This document shows, piece after piece, positions 7,215-14,618 of a stretch of DNA of 33,573 bases. The notes under the pieces were generated by a model. That model saw only the letters and a program-made list of their open reading frames with translations, was not told the DNA's origin and ran no database searches. The DNA lies in the NCBI GenBank assembly GCA_017609245.1, contig JAFCEI010000002.1, positions 2,639-36,211 of the forward strand, written 5' to 3'. This DNA is from Candidatus Woesearchaeota archaeon. Its GTDB lineage: Archaea > Nanobdellota > Nanobdellia > Woesearchaeales > JAFCFN01. The translations under genes and the position numbers were made by a program. Positions within the stretch are counted from its first letter, which is position 1. Each line of letters begins with the position of its first letter.

Positions 7215-7270
7215 TTATGAATTAGTATTCATAACCTATAATGAATATATATTCATTAAAGTATATAAAT
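7215..7270 (-). promoter_or_regulatory. Cluster promoter: TATA box (minus-strand TTTATATA, 7262-7269) followed by two tandem inverted repeats ATGAAT-N4-ATTCAT (7239-7258 and 7215-7234)
   Basis: 7239-7258 is TAATGAATATATATTCATTA, a perfect 20-bp palindrome. 7215-7234 is TTATGAATTAGTATTCATAA, with 8-bp arms and a 4-nt spacer. Their centres are 24 bp apart. Both lie between the TATA box and the SD/ATG (7198) of the first gene. Confidence 0.55.
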
Positions 7271-7311
7271 GTTTCTATTTTAAAGAAAGATTTATGCTCG
7301 GAAATCTTTGA

Positions 7312-7551
7312 CTATCTTTTGAAGATTGTTTTGCCTTTTTCTCTAATCTCCACAACCCTATAGACAGGTATCTCAACCCCATCCAAGAGCATAAACCTGC
7401 CTTCAATTTGTTTGATATCAGAATAAGCAACCTCTTTTTTGACGCCTTTGTCATCATATATGATCGTAAAATCTTTTGGGTCAAGGCTTTTGTCCCATTT
7501 GATCTTATTCAACAGCTCTTTGATCGATTGCATTAGCTTGAATAAAATCAT
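7312..7551 (-). CDS. DUF504 / UPF0248 (MJ1316-like) small protein
   Basis: 79 aa: LLNKIKWDKSLDPKDFTIIYDD.G...V.YSDI......F.LLDGVEIPVYRVVEIREKGKTIF.R. The length and pattern match archaeal UPF0248 proteins. Confidence 0.7.
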   Translation of the reverse strand: MILFKLMQSIKELLNKIKWDKSLDPKDFTIIYDDKGVKKEVAYSDIKQIEGRFMLLDGVEIPVYRVVEIREKGKTIFKR

Positions 7552-7650
7552 GCTCTATTTAAAATAATATCCAAAAATATTTGTTTACTCTGAAGTGAGT
7601 ACAATAGAAATATTTATAAGTTCAGTTTATTTTTAACAGATGAAGACAAG

Positions 7651-8004
7651 ATGGATACAAACAAGCACTTGAGTGAATCGCACATAGAAAAGATCATTGG
7701 TAAATATTCAAAATACCTTGATGAAAATGCCCCTGATACTACATTCAAACATGTGTCAAGACACCTTATTCAGTATACACTTCTAGATGAAAACCTGAAG
7801 AAAGACTCCATTGAATCACTGAAAAAATACATCTCTTTATTGGACAGGTCTCCTAAATTCAGGGAAGATCAGTTGGAAAAAGATATATTCCCTCACGGTC
7901 AAAATACAAACGTTATCAAATATATAGAGGGGGTGTGCTCTGCCTACCGAAAATTTGATGAGACAGCTGATTTCATAAACCAAGAAAGACTTAAAAAGAG
8001 TTGA
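7651..8004 (+). CDS. Hypothetical protein (117 aa, acidic/helical, no Cys)
   Basis: Clean ORF ending 15 nt upstream of the radical SAM gene on the same strand. I recognise no motif. Confidence 0.5.
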   Translation: MDTNKHLSESHIEKIIGKYSKYLDENAPDTTFKHVSRHLIQYTLLDENLKKDSIESLKKYISLLDRSPKFREDQLEKDIFPHGQNTNVIKYIEGVCSAYRKFDETADFINQERLKKS

Positions 8005-8019
8005 TTCTGCACAAAACAA

Positions 8020-9708
8020 ATGGAAAAAAGAAACATATCGCTCATCGGCATCATCCCAAAATATCCAAAGCACTCGCAGCACAACATTTATGGCAAGATA
8101 AAGATGCCACCTGTCGGAATCGTGTCTGTGCTCAGCCAGATATCTGATGATCCAAAATTCAAAAACATCTATCTGGTTGATGAAAACAATTATGCAGGCC
8201 CAAATGATTTTACAGGCATGCCTGACCATAATTTTCTGAGAAAACAGGGGCGTGCAGACATAGCGATGTTCTATGGCGGAATGAGCAACTCAGTCCCAAG
8301 GATGTTTTCATTAGCAAAACAATACAAAAAATTTGGAGCAGTGACAATTGCAGGAGGAAGTCATGTTGATGCACTTCCAGAAGAAGCCTTAAATTCAGGA
8401 GTTGACATCGTGGTTCACGGAGAGGGTGAAAACACTGCAAAAGAGCTGCTTGAAGCGATCGTTGAAAAAGAATCTATCAGCCTAGATAAAGAAAAGCTGA
8501 ACAATGTCAGGGGAATCAGCTTTTTAGATAATAACAATCACATATTCACAGGCAGAAGATATCCTATCAGAAATCTAGATAATCTAAAAGATCCTGATCT
8601 GACCCTGATAAAATTCCTAAAAAAGAGGTGGAGTGCAATTCCTATCAGCAAAGGGAGGGGCTGCAACTACAGATGCGAATTCTGCGTCGTAAACGAACAG
8701 TATGGGAAATATAAATCAAGCTCTGTTGAAAAGGCACTTAGCCAGATAGTTAAATATTCTGATATGGGATATAAGCATTTTTTCTTTACAGATGATAACT
8801 TTGCGCAAGATCCTGGACAAACTATTGAGTTATGCAACATGATCAGCAAGTATAAGGATGAATTTAACAAGAATATTGATATGATGGTGCAGGTAAGAAC
8901 AGAGGTGGCTGAAGATGACAAGCTGATAAAAGCGATGAAGTCCGCAGGAGTAACCACCTTGGCAATTGGATATGAAAGCCCAATAGACCAAGAACTAAAG
9001 GCCATGAGAAAAGGGGTTACACTGGAAAAGCTCATCAACAGGTCGAGAAAATTATCCGAACATTTCTATTTGCATGGAATGTTTATTTTTGGTTATCCGA
9101 CATTTGAGGATTCCGAACACAGATCAAAGCTGACGCTAGATCAAAAATCAAAACAATATCAAAAGTTCTTCAGAAAGGCAAAAATAGACACCATACAGGT
9201 GTTGAATGCTGTGCCGCTTCCTGGTTCAAAACTAAGGGAAAAACTTGAAGCAGAAAACAGGATTTTTCCGCTGGAGATGGTCGGTTGGGACAAGTATGAC
9301 GGACTGTTTTTGTGCTATGATCCGAAACCAGAGGGATTGAATCCCTATGACCTTCAAAACCTGCCGAGAATGCTCATGAAAAACAAATATTTGGGAGGAC
9401 CTATTAACAGCAAGATAAATTTCGGAAATTGGATTAATTGGGCATATAACGCGACTGTAGGGTTCCCTATACAATTCTCATCTTTTTATACAAAACGCTT
9501 TTTTCAGAATTATGCCCAAAAAAAAAGGGAGAAAAAGATTGCAGCAGACTTAACTGAAACAGACATCTTTTTAGACCCATTGAAAATTGCCTGGCGAGAC
9601 ATCAAAAGAAAATGGAGAAATTTGGGAATCAAGACTTATGGTGGCAGACTGGTTGAAAAGTGGTTCAAAGAATATAAAAAAAGCGACCATTCAGATAAGA
9701 TCAGATAA
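8020..9708 (+). CDS. B12-binding-domain radical SAM protein (class B) with a long basic/aromatic C-terminal domain
   Basis: The N-terminal Rossmann-like segment (AVTIAGGSHVDALPEEALNSGVDIVVHGEGE) resembles a cobalamin-binding domain. It is followed by the radical SAM cluster motif GRGCNYRCEFCVV (CxxxCxxC). Confidence 0.82.
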   Translation: MEKRNISLIGIIPKYPKHSQHNIYGKIKMPPVGIVSVLSQISDDPKFKNIYLVDENNYAGPNDFTGMPDHNFLRKQGRADIAMFYGGMSNSVPRMFSLAKQYKKFGAVTIAGGSHVDALPEEALNSGVDIVVHGEGENTAKELLEAIVEKESISLDKEKLNNVRGISFLDNNNHIFTGRRYPIRNLDNLKDPDLTLIKFLKKRWSAIPISKGRGCNYRCEFCVVNEQYGKYKSSSVEKALSQIVKYSDMGYKHFFFTDDNFAQDPGQTIELCNMISKYKDEFNKNIDMMVQVRTEVAEDDKLIKAMKSAGVTTLAIGYESPIDQELKAMRKGVTLEKLINRSRKLSEHFYLHGMFIFGYPTFEDSEHRSKLTLDQKSKQYQKFFRKAKIDTIQVLNAVPLPGSKLREKLEAENRIFPLEMVGWDKYDGLFLCYDPKPEGLNPYDLQNLPRMLMKNKYLGGPINSKINFGNWINWAYNATVGFPIQFSSFYTKRFFQNYAQKKREKKIAADLTETDIFLDPLKIAWRDIKRKWRNLGIKTYGGRLVEKWFKEYKKSDHSDKIR

Positions 9709-9795
9709 GCTCTCTGCAAAACCTTTTTAAAGCAATATTCCATAGTAAACCTTATAAACCATAAAATAACTTGTTTTAAACAGGGGGTATATATC

Positions 9796-9981
9796 ATGAA
9801 GAAAATACAGGAGCCAACAAGCAAATTCATCAAAATAAGATGTCCTAAATGCAAGAATGAGCAGATAATATTTGGCAAGGCAAGCTCAGAGATCACATGC
9901 CTTGTCTGCAGCAAGGAACTAGCTACTCCATCTGGCGGCAAATCAAAGATAAAAGCCAGGATATTGGAGGTTTTGGATTAA
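9796..9981 (+). CDS. rps27e: 30S ribosomal protein S27e
   Basis: 61 aa with the zinc ribbon CPKCKNEQIIFGKASSEITCLVCSKELATPSGGK. A GGGGGT SD lies upstream. Confidence 0.93.
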   Translation: MKKIQEPTSKFIKIRCPKCKNEQIIFGKASSEITCLVCSKELATPSGGKSKIKARILEVLD

Positions 9982-10751
9982 TGCTTCTTTTACAAAAACA
10001 GGGATTTCCAGAAGAAGGTGAATTGGTGCTATGCACAATCACAAAAATATATCATAATTCTGTCTTTGCAAATCTTGATGAGTATGGCAAGTCAGGGATG
10101 ATTCATATTTCTGAAATTTCACCAGGGAGGATAAGAAATATCAGGGATTATGTCACCCCAAACAAAAAAGTGGTCTGCAAGGTTCTAAAATTAGACCAGT
10201 CAAAAGGCCATATTGATCTGAGCCTGAGAAGAGTCAACGAAAACCAGAGGAAAAACAAGAACGGCGAGATAAAGCAGCAGCAGATCGCTGAGAAGATAAT
10301 AAAATATGTTGCTCTACAGACAAAACAAGATGAAAAAAAGCTGTGCAACAGCATATACAGCAAGATAAAGGACAAATACACAAGCATTTATTCTATATTT
10401 GAAGAAGCTCTTACAGATGAATCAGTATTAAAAGAGCTAGGGCTTTCAAAAAAAGAGACAGACCTTATATTAGAAACAATAAGGCAAAGAATCAAGCAAA
10501 AAAAGGTGCAGGTAAAGCAAAAGATGATACTCCAAAGCTATGAACCAGACGGAGTAGAGCTCATCAAAAAGATACTGAAAAAGGTCCAGGATGATAAAGC
10601 AAGTATTTCATACGACGGCGGAGGCAAATATACTTTGGCTGTAACAGCAGAAGACTATAAATCAGCAGAAAAAAAGCTTGATGAAAAAACCAATACAATA
10701 GTTGAAGACATGGAAAAGCAGAAAGGTGTTGTCGAACTCATAAAAAGATGA
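9981..10751 (+). CDS. eif2a: Translation initiation factor aIF2 alpha subunit
   Basis: The start at 9981 overlaps the S27e stop as TAATG. The S1 domain reads FPEEGELVLCTITKIYHNSVFANLDEYGKSGMIHISEISPGRIRNIRDYV. The track ORF start at 9897 would overlap S27e by 85 nt and is rejected. Confidence 0.9.
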   Translation: MLLLQKQGFPEEGELVLCTITKIYHNSVFANLDEYGKSGMIHISEISPGRIRNIRDYVTPNKKVVCKVLKLDQSKGHIDLSLRRVNENQRKNKNGEIKQQQIAEKIIKYVALQTKQDEKKLCNSIYSKIKDKYTSIYSIFEEALTDESVLKELGLSKKETDLILETIRQRIKQKKVQVKQKMILQSYEPDGVELIKKILKKVQDDKASISYDGGGKYTLAVTAEDYKSAEKKLDEKTNTIVEDMEKQKGVVELIKR

Positions 10752-10927
10752 AACATGTCCTGAAGTGCACAAATTGCGGGCAGTATACAATGAAAGATGT
10801 TTGCCCAAACTGCAATGAAAAGGCAGTATCTTCAAGGCCTGCAAAGTTCAGTGTGCAGGACAGATATGCAAGATTAAGAAGAGCTGCAAAAAGAGATGAG
10901 CTGACCAAAAAAGGCCTGTTAATATGA
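10748..10927 (+). CDS. nop10: H/ACA ribonucleoprotein subunit Nop10
   Basis: At 59 aa it falls below the ORF-track cutoff: MKHVLKCTNCGQYTMKDVCPNCNEKAVSSRPAKFSVQDRYARLRR. It has the Nop10 zinc ribbon and the P.KFS..D.Y motif. Both ends overlap neighbouring genes as ATGA. Confidence 0.9.
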   Translation: MKHVLKCTNCGQYTMKDVCPNCNEKAVSSRPAKFSVQDRYARLRRAAKRDELTKKGLLI

Positions 10928-11709
10928 ACTCGTGGAAAATAATCAAACTGTTGAAAATAAAGCCAAAATCCCCGATCCTGATAGAAGGGCTGCCAGGAAT
11001 AGGTAATGTCGGGAAGATAGCTGTTGATTTTCTGATAACCGAACTAAAAGCAAAAAAGATATATGAAATATTCTCATATACGTTCCCTCATTCTGTTTTT
11101 GTCAACGAAGATAACCTGGTAGACCTGCCGAAAATAGAGGTCTACTACAAGAAGATGCCGAAAAATGATCTTCTGCTGCTGACAGGAGATATCCAGCCAG
11201 TAGATGAAACAAGCTCTTATGAGTTCTGTGAAAAAATTCTGGACATATTGGGGCAGTACAAAGCAAAAGAGATCATTACTCTGGGCGGGATCGGGCTTGC
11301 AGAAGCTCCAAAAAAGCCAAAAGTGTTCTGCACAGCAAATAACAAGAAAATAATTGAAAAATACAAAAAAGACACAGGGCTTGATAACAAGATATATGGG
11401 GTTGTCGGGCCAATTATCGGTGTTTCAGGATTATTGCTCGGATTATCAGAAAAAAGAAAGATACCTGCAATAACACTGCTGGCAGAAACACTGGGCCATC
11501 CGCTGTACCTGGGCGTCAAAGGGGCAAGAGAGCAGCTGAAAATACTGAACAAGAAGCTTGATTTAAAACTAAACCTGGCCAAGCTAGACAAAGAGATAAA
11601 GGATATAGAACAAGGATTGATAAAAAAGACAAGAGATATTTCTGCTGTATCAAAACAGCTGGCATTCAAGAAACTAGACAAGAAAAAAGAGACCAGCTAT
11701 ATCGGGTAG
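10924..11709 (+). CDS. PAC2-family proteasome assembly chaperone-like protein
   Basis: PILIEGLPGIGNVGKIAVDFLI.ELKAKKI.EI.S..FP is typical of archaeal PAC2/PbaA-like proteins, as is the conserved position after S27e-aIF2a-Nop10. Confidence 0.8.
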   Translation: MNSWKIIKLLKIKPKSPILIEGLPGIGNVGKIAVDFLITELKAKKIYEIFSYTFPHSVFVNEDNLVDLPKIEVYYKKMPKNDLLLLTGDIQPVDETSSYEFCEKILDILGQYKAKEIITLGGIGLAEAPKKPKVFCTANNKKIIEKYKKDTGLDNKIYGVVGPIIGVSGLLLGLSEKRKIPAITLLAETLGHPLYLGVKGAREQLKILNKKLDLKLNLAKLDKEIKDIEQGLIKKTRDISAVSKQLAFKKLDKKKETSYIG

Positions 11710-11773
11710 CATCATGAAAATAAAGAAAATCTTTTATAGATTTTCTGTCTTTTAACATTTTAAAACATTCAAG

Positions 11774-12994
11774 ATGGTCAAGATAAAAAAAATTTTTGCA
11801 AGAGAGATTCTAGATTCTAGGGGTGTGCCCACAATAGAAGTAGATGTATGGATCAGCCGCGGGATCGGAAGAGCGTCTGTGCCTTCTGGAAAAAGCAAAG
11901 GCAAGTATGAGGCATTGGAGCTTAGAGACAATGACAAAAGATTCCATGGAAAGGGCGTGAAAAAAGCAATACAAAACATAAACAGCACTATTGCACAAGG
12001 CCTGGTTGACATGGATTGCACAAAGCAGGCTAAAATCGATAACAGACTGATCAAACTAGACAAAACACCCAACAAATCAAACCTAGGAGCAAATGCTATC
12101 CTCGCAGCAAGCATGGCGTGTGCAAGGATAGGTGCATTGGCATCTGGGAAAGAGCTATATTCTCATCTCGGAAAGTGGAAAAAACTTCCGATTCCCTGCT
12201 TTAACATAATAAATGGCGGCCAGCATGCTGGAAATAAGCTGGCATTTCAGGAATACATGATAATCCCTGTCAGGTTTCATTCATTTAAGGAAAGGCTACG
12301 GGCAGGCTCAGAGATATATCATGAGCTAAAAGATATCCTGGAAAAAAGATACGGGAAAAAAGCTATCAACATAGGTGACGAAGGAGGATTTGCGCCTCAG
12401 TTGTCAAAAGTTGAGATGCCATTGAAGCTGATAACGCAGGCAATAGGTCAGGCAGGGTATGAAAGAAAAGTAAACATAGGTTTGGACTGTGCTGCAAACG
12501 AATTTTTCAAGAATAAAAAATATGTTGTTGATGGCAGGTCTCTGACGACAAAACAGCTTGTTGATTTCTATGCAGAACTGGTAGAAAAATATCCTATAAT
12601 AAGCATCGAAGACCCGTTTGCAGAAGATGAATTCAAGGCATTTGCTGACCTAAAATGCAAGATTGGCAAAAAAGTGATGATCGTTGGAGATGATCTGCTT
12701 GCAACAAACCCTGAAAGGATCAAGAAAGCGATCAGATCCAGGTCATGCTCGTGCTTGCTTCTAAAACCAAACCAGATCGGGACTGTAACTGAAGCGATAA
12801 AGGCTGCAAATCTGGCAAAAAAAGCAGGATGGAATGTGATGGCTTCTCACAGGTCTGGAGAGACAAACGATCCGTTCATAGCTGACCTGGCAGTTGCAAT
12901 TGGTGCAAGATACATCAAAGCAGGAGCTCCTTGCAGAGGAGAAAGGTTAGCTAAATACAATCGATTGTTAAGAATTGAGGAACAGCTCAGTTAA
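11774..12994 (+). CDS. eno: Enolase (phosphopyruvate hydratase)
   Basis: IKKIFAREILDSRGVPTIEVDV, NGGQHAGN, IGDEGGFAP, LLLKPNQIGTVTE and SHRSGET are full-length enolase signatures. Confidence 0.95.
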   Translation: MVKIKKIFAREILDSRGVPTIEVDVWISRGIGRASVPSGKSKGKYEALELRDNDKRFHGKGVKKAIQNINSTIAQGLVDMDCTKQAKIDNRLIKLDKTPNKSNLGANAILAASMACARIGALASGKELYSHLGKWKKLPIPCFNIINGGQHAGNKLAFQEYMIIPVRFHSFKERLRAGSEIYHELKDILEKRYGKKAINIGDEGGFAPQLSKVEMPLKLITQAIGQAGYERKVNIGLDCAANEFFKNKKYVVDGRSLTTKQLVDFYAELVEKYPIISIEDPFAEDEFKAFADLKCKIGKKVMIVGDDLLATNPERIKKAIRSRSCSCLLLKPNQIGTVTEAIKAANLAKKAGWNVMASHRSGETNDPFIADLAVAIGARYIKAGAPCRGERLAKYNRLLRIEEQLS

Positions 12995-13020
12995 AAAAAT
13001 AAAATAAAAAAATAATCTTT

Positions 13021-13302
13021 TTATTTCAGATCTATTTTTATTCCGCCAATCCGCTTTGCAACTATGTTGTAAAGCAGTGCGCAGATTACTCCTGCAACAA
13101 ATCCCACTATTCCGTATGTCAATGGGAACACTATTATGGATATAATCCCCACTCCAACTGCTGCTCCTGCTCCAGGAAGCACCGAAGTGATTAATCCGCC
13201 TAATGCTATTGCCAGGATTGCTATAACTAATCCCCAGACAACACCCATCATCCCAAGCACATTTGCCACGCTTAGCAGGCTCACTTTTTTCAGAACTTTC
13301 AT
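13021..13302 (-). CDS. Small hydrophobic membrane protein (about 3 TM segments), unknown function
   Basis: 93 aa, Gly/Ala/Ile/Val-rich, with predicted helices. It is convergent with eno. Confidence 0.55.
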   Translation of the reverse strand: MKVLKKVSLLSVANVLGMMGVVWGLVIAILAIALGGLITSVLPGAGAAVGVGIISIIVFPLTYGIVGFVAGVICALLYNIVAKRIGGIKIDLK

Positions 13303-13401
13303 TTGATCACCTCTTTTAAAATATATTTAAGACTATATAAGCTCAGATTATTTAAAAAGGTTTCCATTAAATATTTAAACAAGACAACATTATCTATTAA
13401 G

Positions 13402-14322
13402 ATGAAAAAAAGAGGGAAGCCAATCACTCTAAAAAAAGTTCTGAACATATTATTCATAACAATCATAATTGTCTTCTTCCTGAACATAATTTTCTCAATG
13501 GTAAACATAACACTTCCAAACTCGATAGCGATAATCCCGATAAAGGGGCTAATAGTAAGTGACGGAGAAAGCATATTTGAACTGACAACATCTGCTGACA
13601 AAACAATAGAATATATAGAAAAAGCAGAAAAAAACCCTAACATTAAGGCAATACTTTTTGATATCAACTCAGGCGGAGGGTCTGCTGTTGCATCAGACGA
13701 GATTGCAGCTAAGATCAAATCGTTGGAAAAGCCAACCTTGGCATTGATCAGGGAAGCAGGGGCATCAGGAGCTTATTGGATTGCTTCTGCATGCGACACT
13801 GTGATGGCAAACAGGATGTCAATAACAGGCTCAATAGGAGTTATTGCATCATACCTGGAATTTTCAGGATTATTGGACAACTACAACATAACATACCAGA
13901 GACTGGTTGCAGGACAATACAAGGACATGGGCTCTCCTTACAAGAACCTGACAACCGAGGAGAGAGAGTTGTTCCAGAAACAATTGGATAACATCCATGA
14001 ATATTTCATTGCCGAGATAGCATCAAACAGGAACTTGTCAATAGACAAGGTAAAGAGCTTATCAACAGGGATGTTCTACCTGGGTCAGGAAGCACTGGAC
14101 CTTGGGTTGGTAGACCAGCTTGGGAATAAGGATAATGCTTTAGAGCTGTTAAAACATGACCTTAATCTTGCATATATGAACACTGCAGAATTTGAAGAAA
14201 AAACCAGTTTTCTGGACATTATCACAAAGACTTTCTCTAGGCAGGCTTATTCTGTTGGAAGAGGGATAGGCGCCAGCTTAACCAGCAATAAAGACCACAC
14301 AATAATAGAGTTGCATACATAG
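13402..14322 (+). CDS. sppA: Signal peptide peptidase SppA (36K type)
   Basis: I chose the ATG at 13402 (MKKRGKPITLKKVLNILFITIIIVFFL, an N-terminal TM segment). Family motifs: INSGGGSAVASDEIA, EAGASGAYWIASACD, SITGSIGVI. Confidence 0.88.
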   Translation: MKKRGKPITLKKVLNILFITIIIVFFLNIIFSMVNITLPNSIAIIPIKGLIVSDGESIFELTTSADKTIEYIEKAEKNPNIKAILFDINSGGGSAVASDEIAAKIKSLEKPTLALIREAGASGAYWIASACDTVMANRMSITGSIGVIASYLEFSGLLDNYNITYQRLVAGQYKDMGSPYKNLTTEERELFQKQLDNIHEYFIAEIASNRNLSIDKVKSLSTGMFYLGQEALDLGLVDQLGNKDNALELLKHDLNLAYMNTAEFEEKTSFLDIITKTFSRQAYSVGRGIGASLTSNKDHTIIELHT

Positions 14323-14368
14323 AAATAGACGATTCAAATTTCAAATAAAAAATTAATTGTTATTATTG

Positions 14369-14518
14369 TTAACCAGCATTCTCATAGCCTTCCATAAATC
14401 CTGCTTCTTCTGGAGTCAGCTCATCGTCTTCCACAAGATTCTCTCTGGATTTATGTGAGTAAAGGTTGTTGTCTAGGTCTTCTTCAATTTGTTCTATAAT
14501 ATCTTTATTTTTTCTCAT
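14369..14518 (-). CDS. Small acidic hypothetical protein (49 aa)
   Basis: The internal ATG at 14516-14518 is preceded by AAGGGGGTTTAAT. Product: MRKNKDIIEQIEEDLDNNLYSHKSRENLVEDDELTPEEAGFMEGYENAG. The longer track ORF adds an implausible AT-rich leader. Confidence 0.5.
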   Translation of the reverse strand: MRKNKDIIEQIEEDLDNNLYSHKSRENLVEDDELTPEEAGFMEGYENAG

Positions 14519-14618
14519 ATTAAACCCCCTTACGTGAATATAAGAGAAACACTTAAATATATATACATTTTCCATATATTATATATAGCATATAATAAAC
14601 ATATACATTTCAAAGAAA

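Noticed and set aside
7275-7484. 69-aa minus-strand ORF overlapping the DUF504 gene in another frame
   Set aside because: The 7312..7551 frame gives the recognisable UPF0248 pattern (KIKWD...IP.YRV). The alternative frame has no features.
9897-9980. N-terminal extension of aIF2alpha back to the ATG at 9897
   Set aside because: It would overlap S27e by 85 nt and add non-homologous residues. The S1 domain begins right after the ATG at 9981, which overlaps the S27e stop as TAATG.
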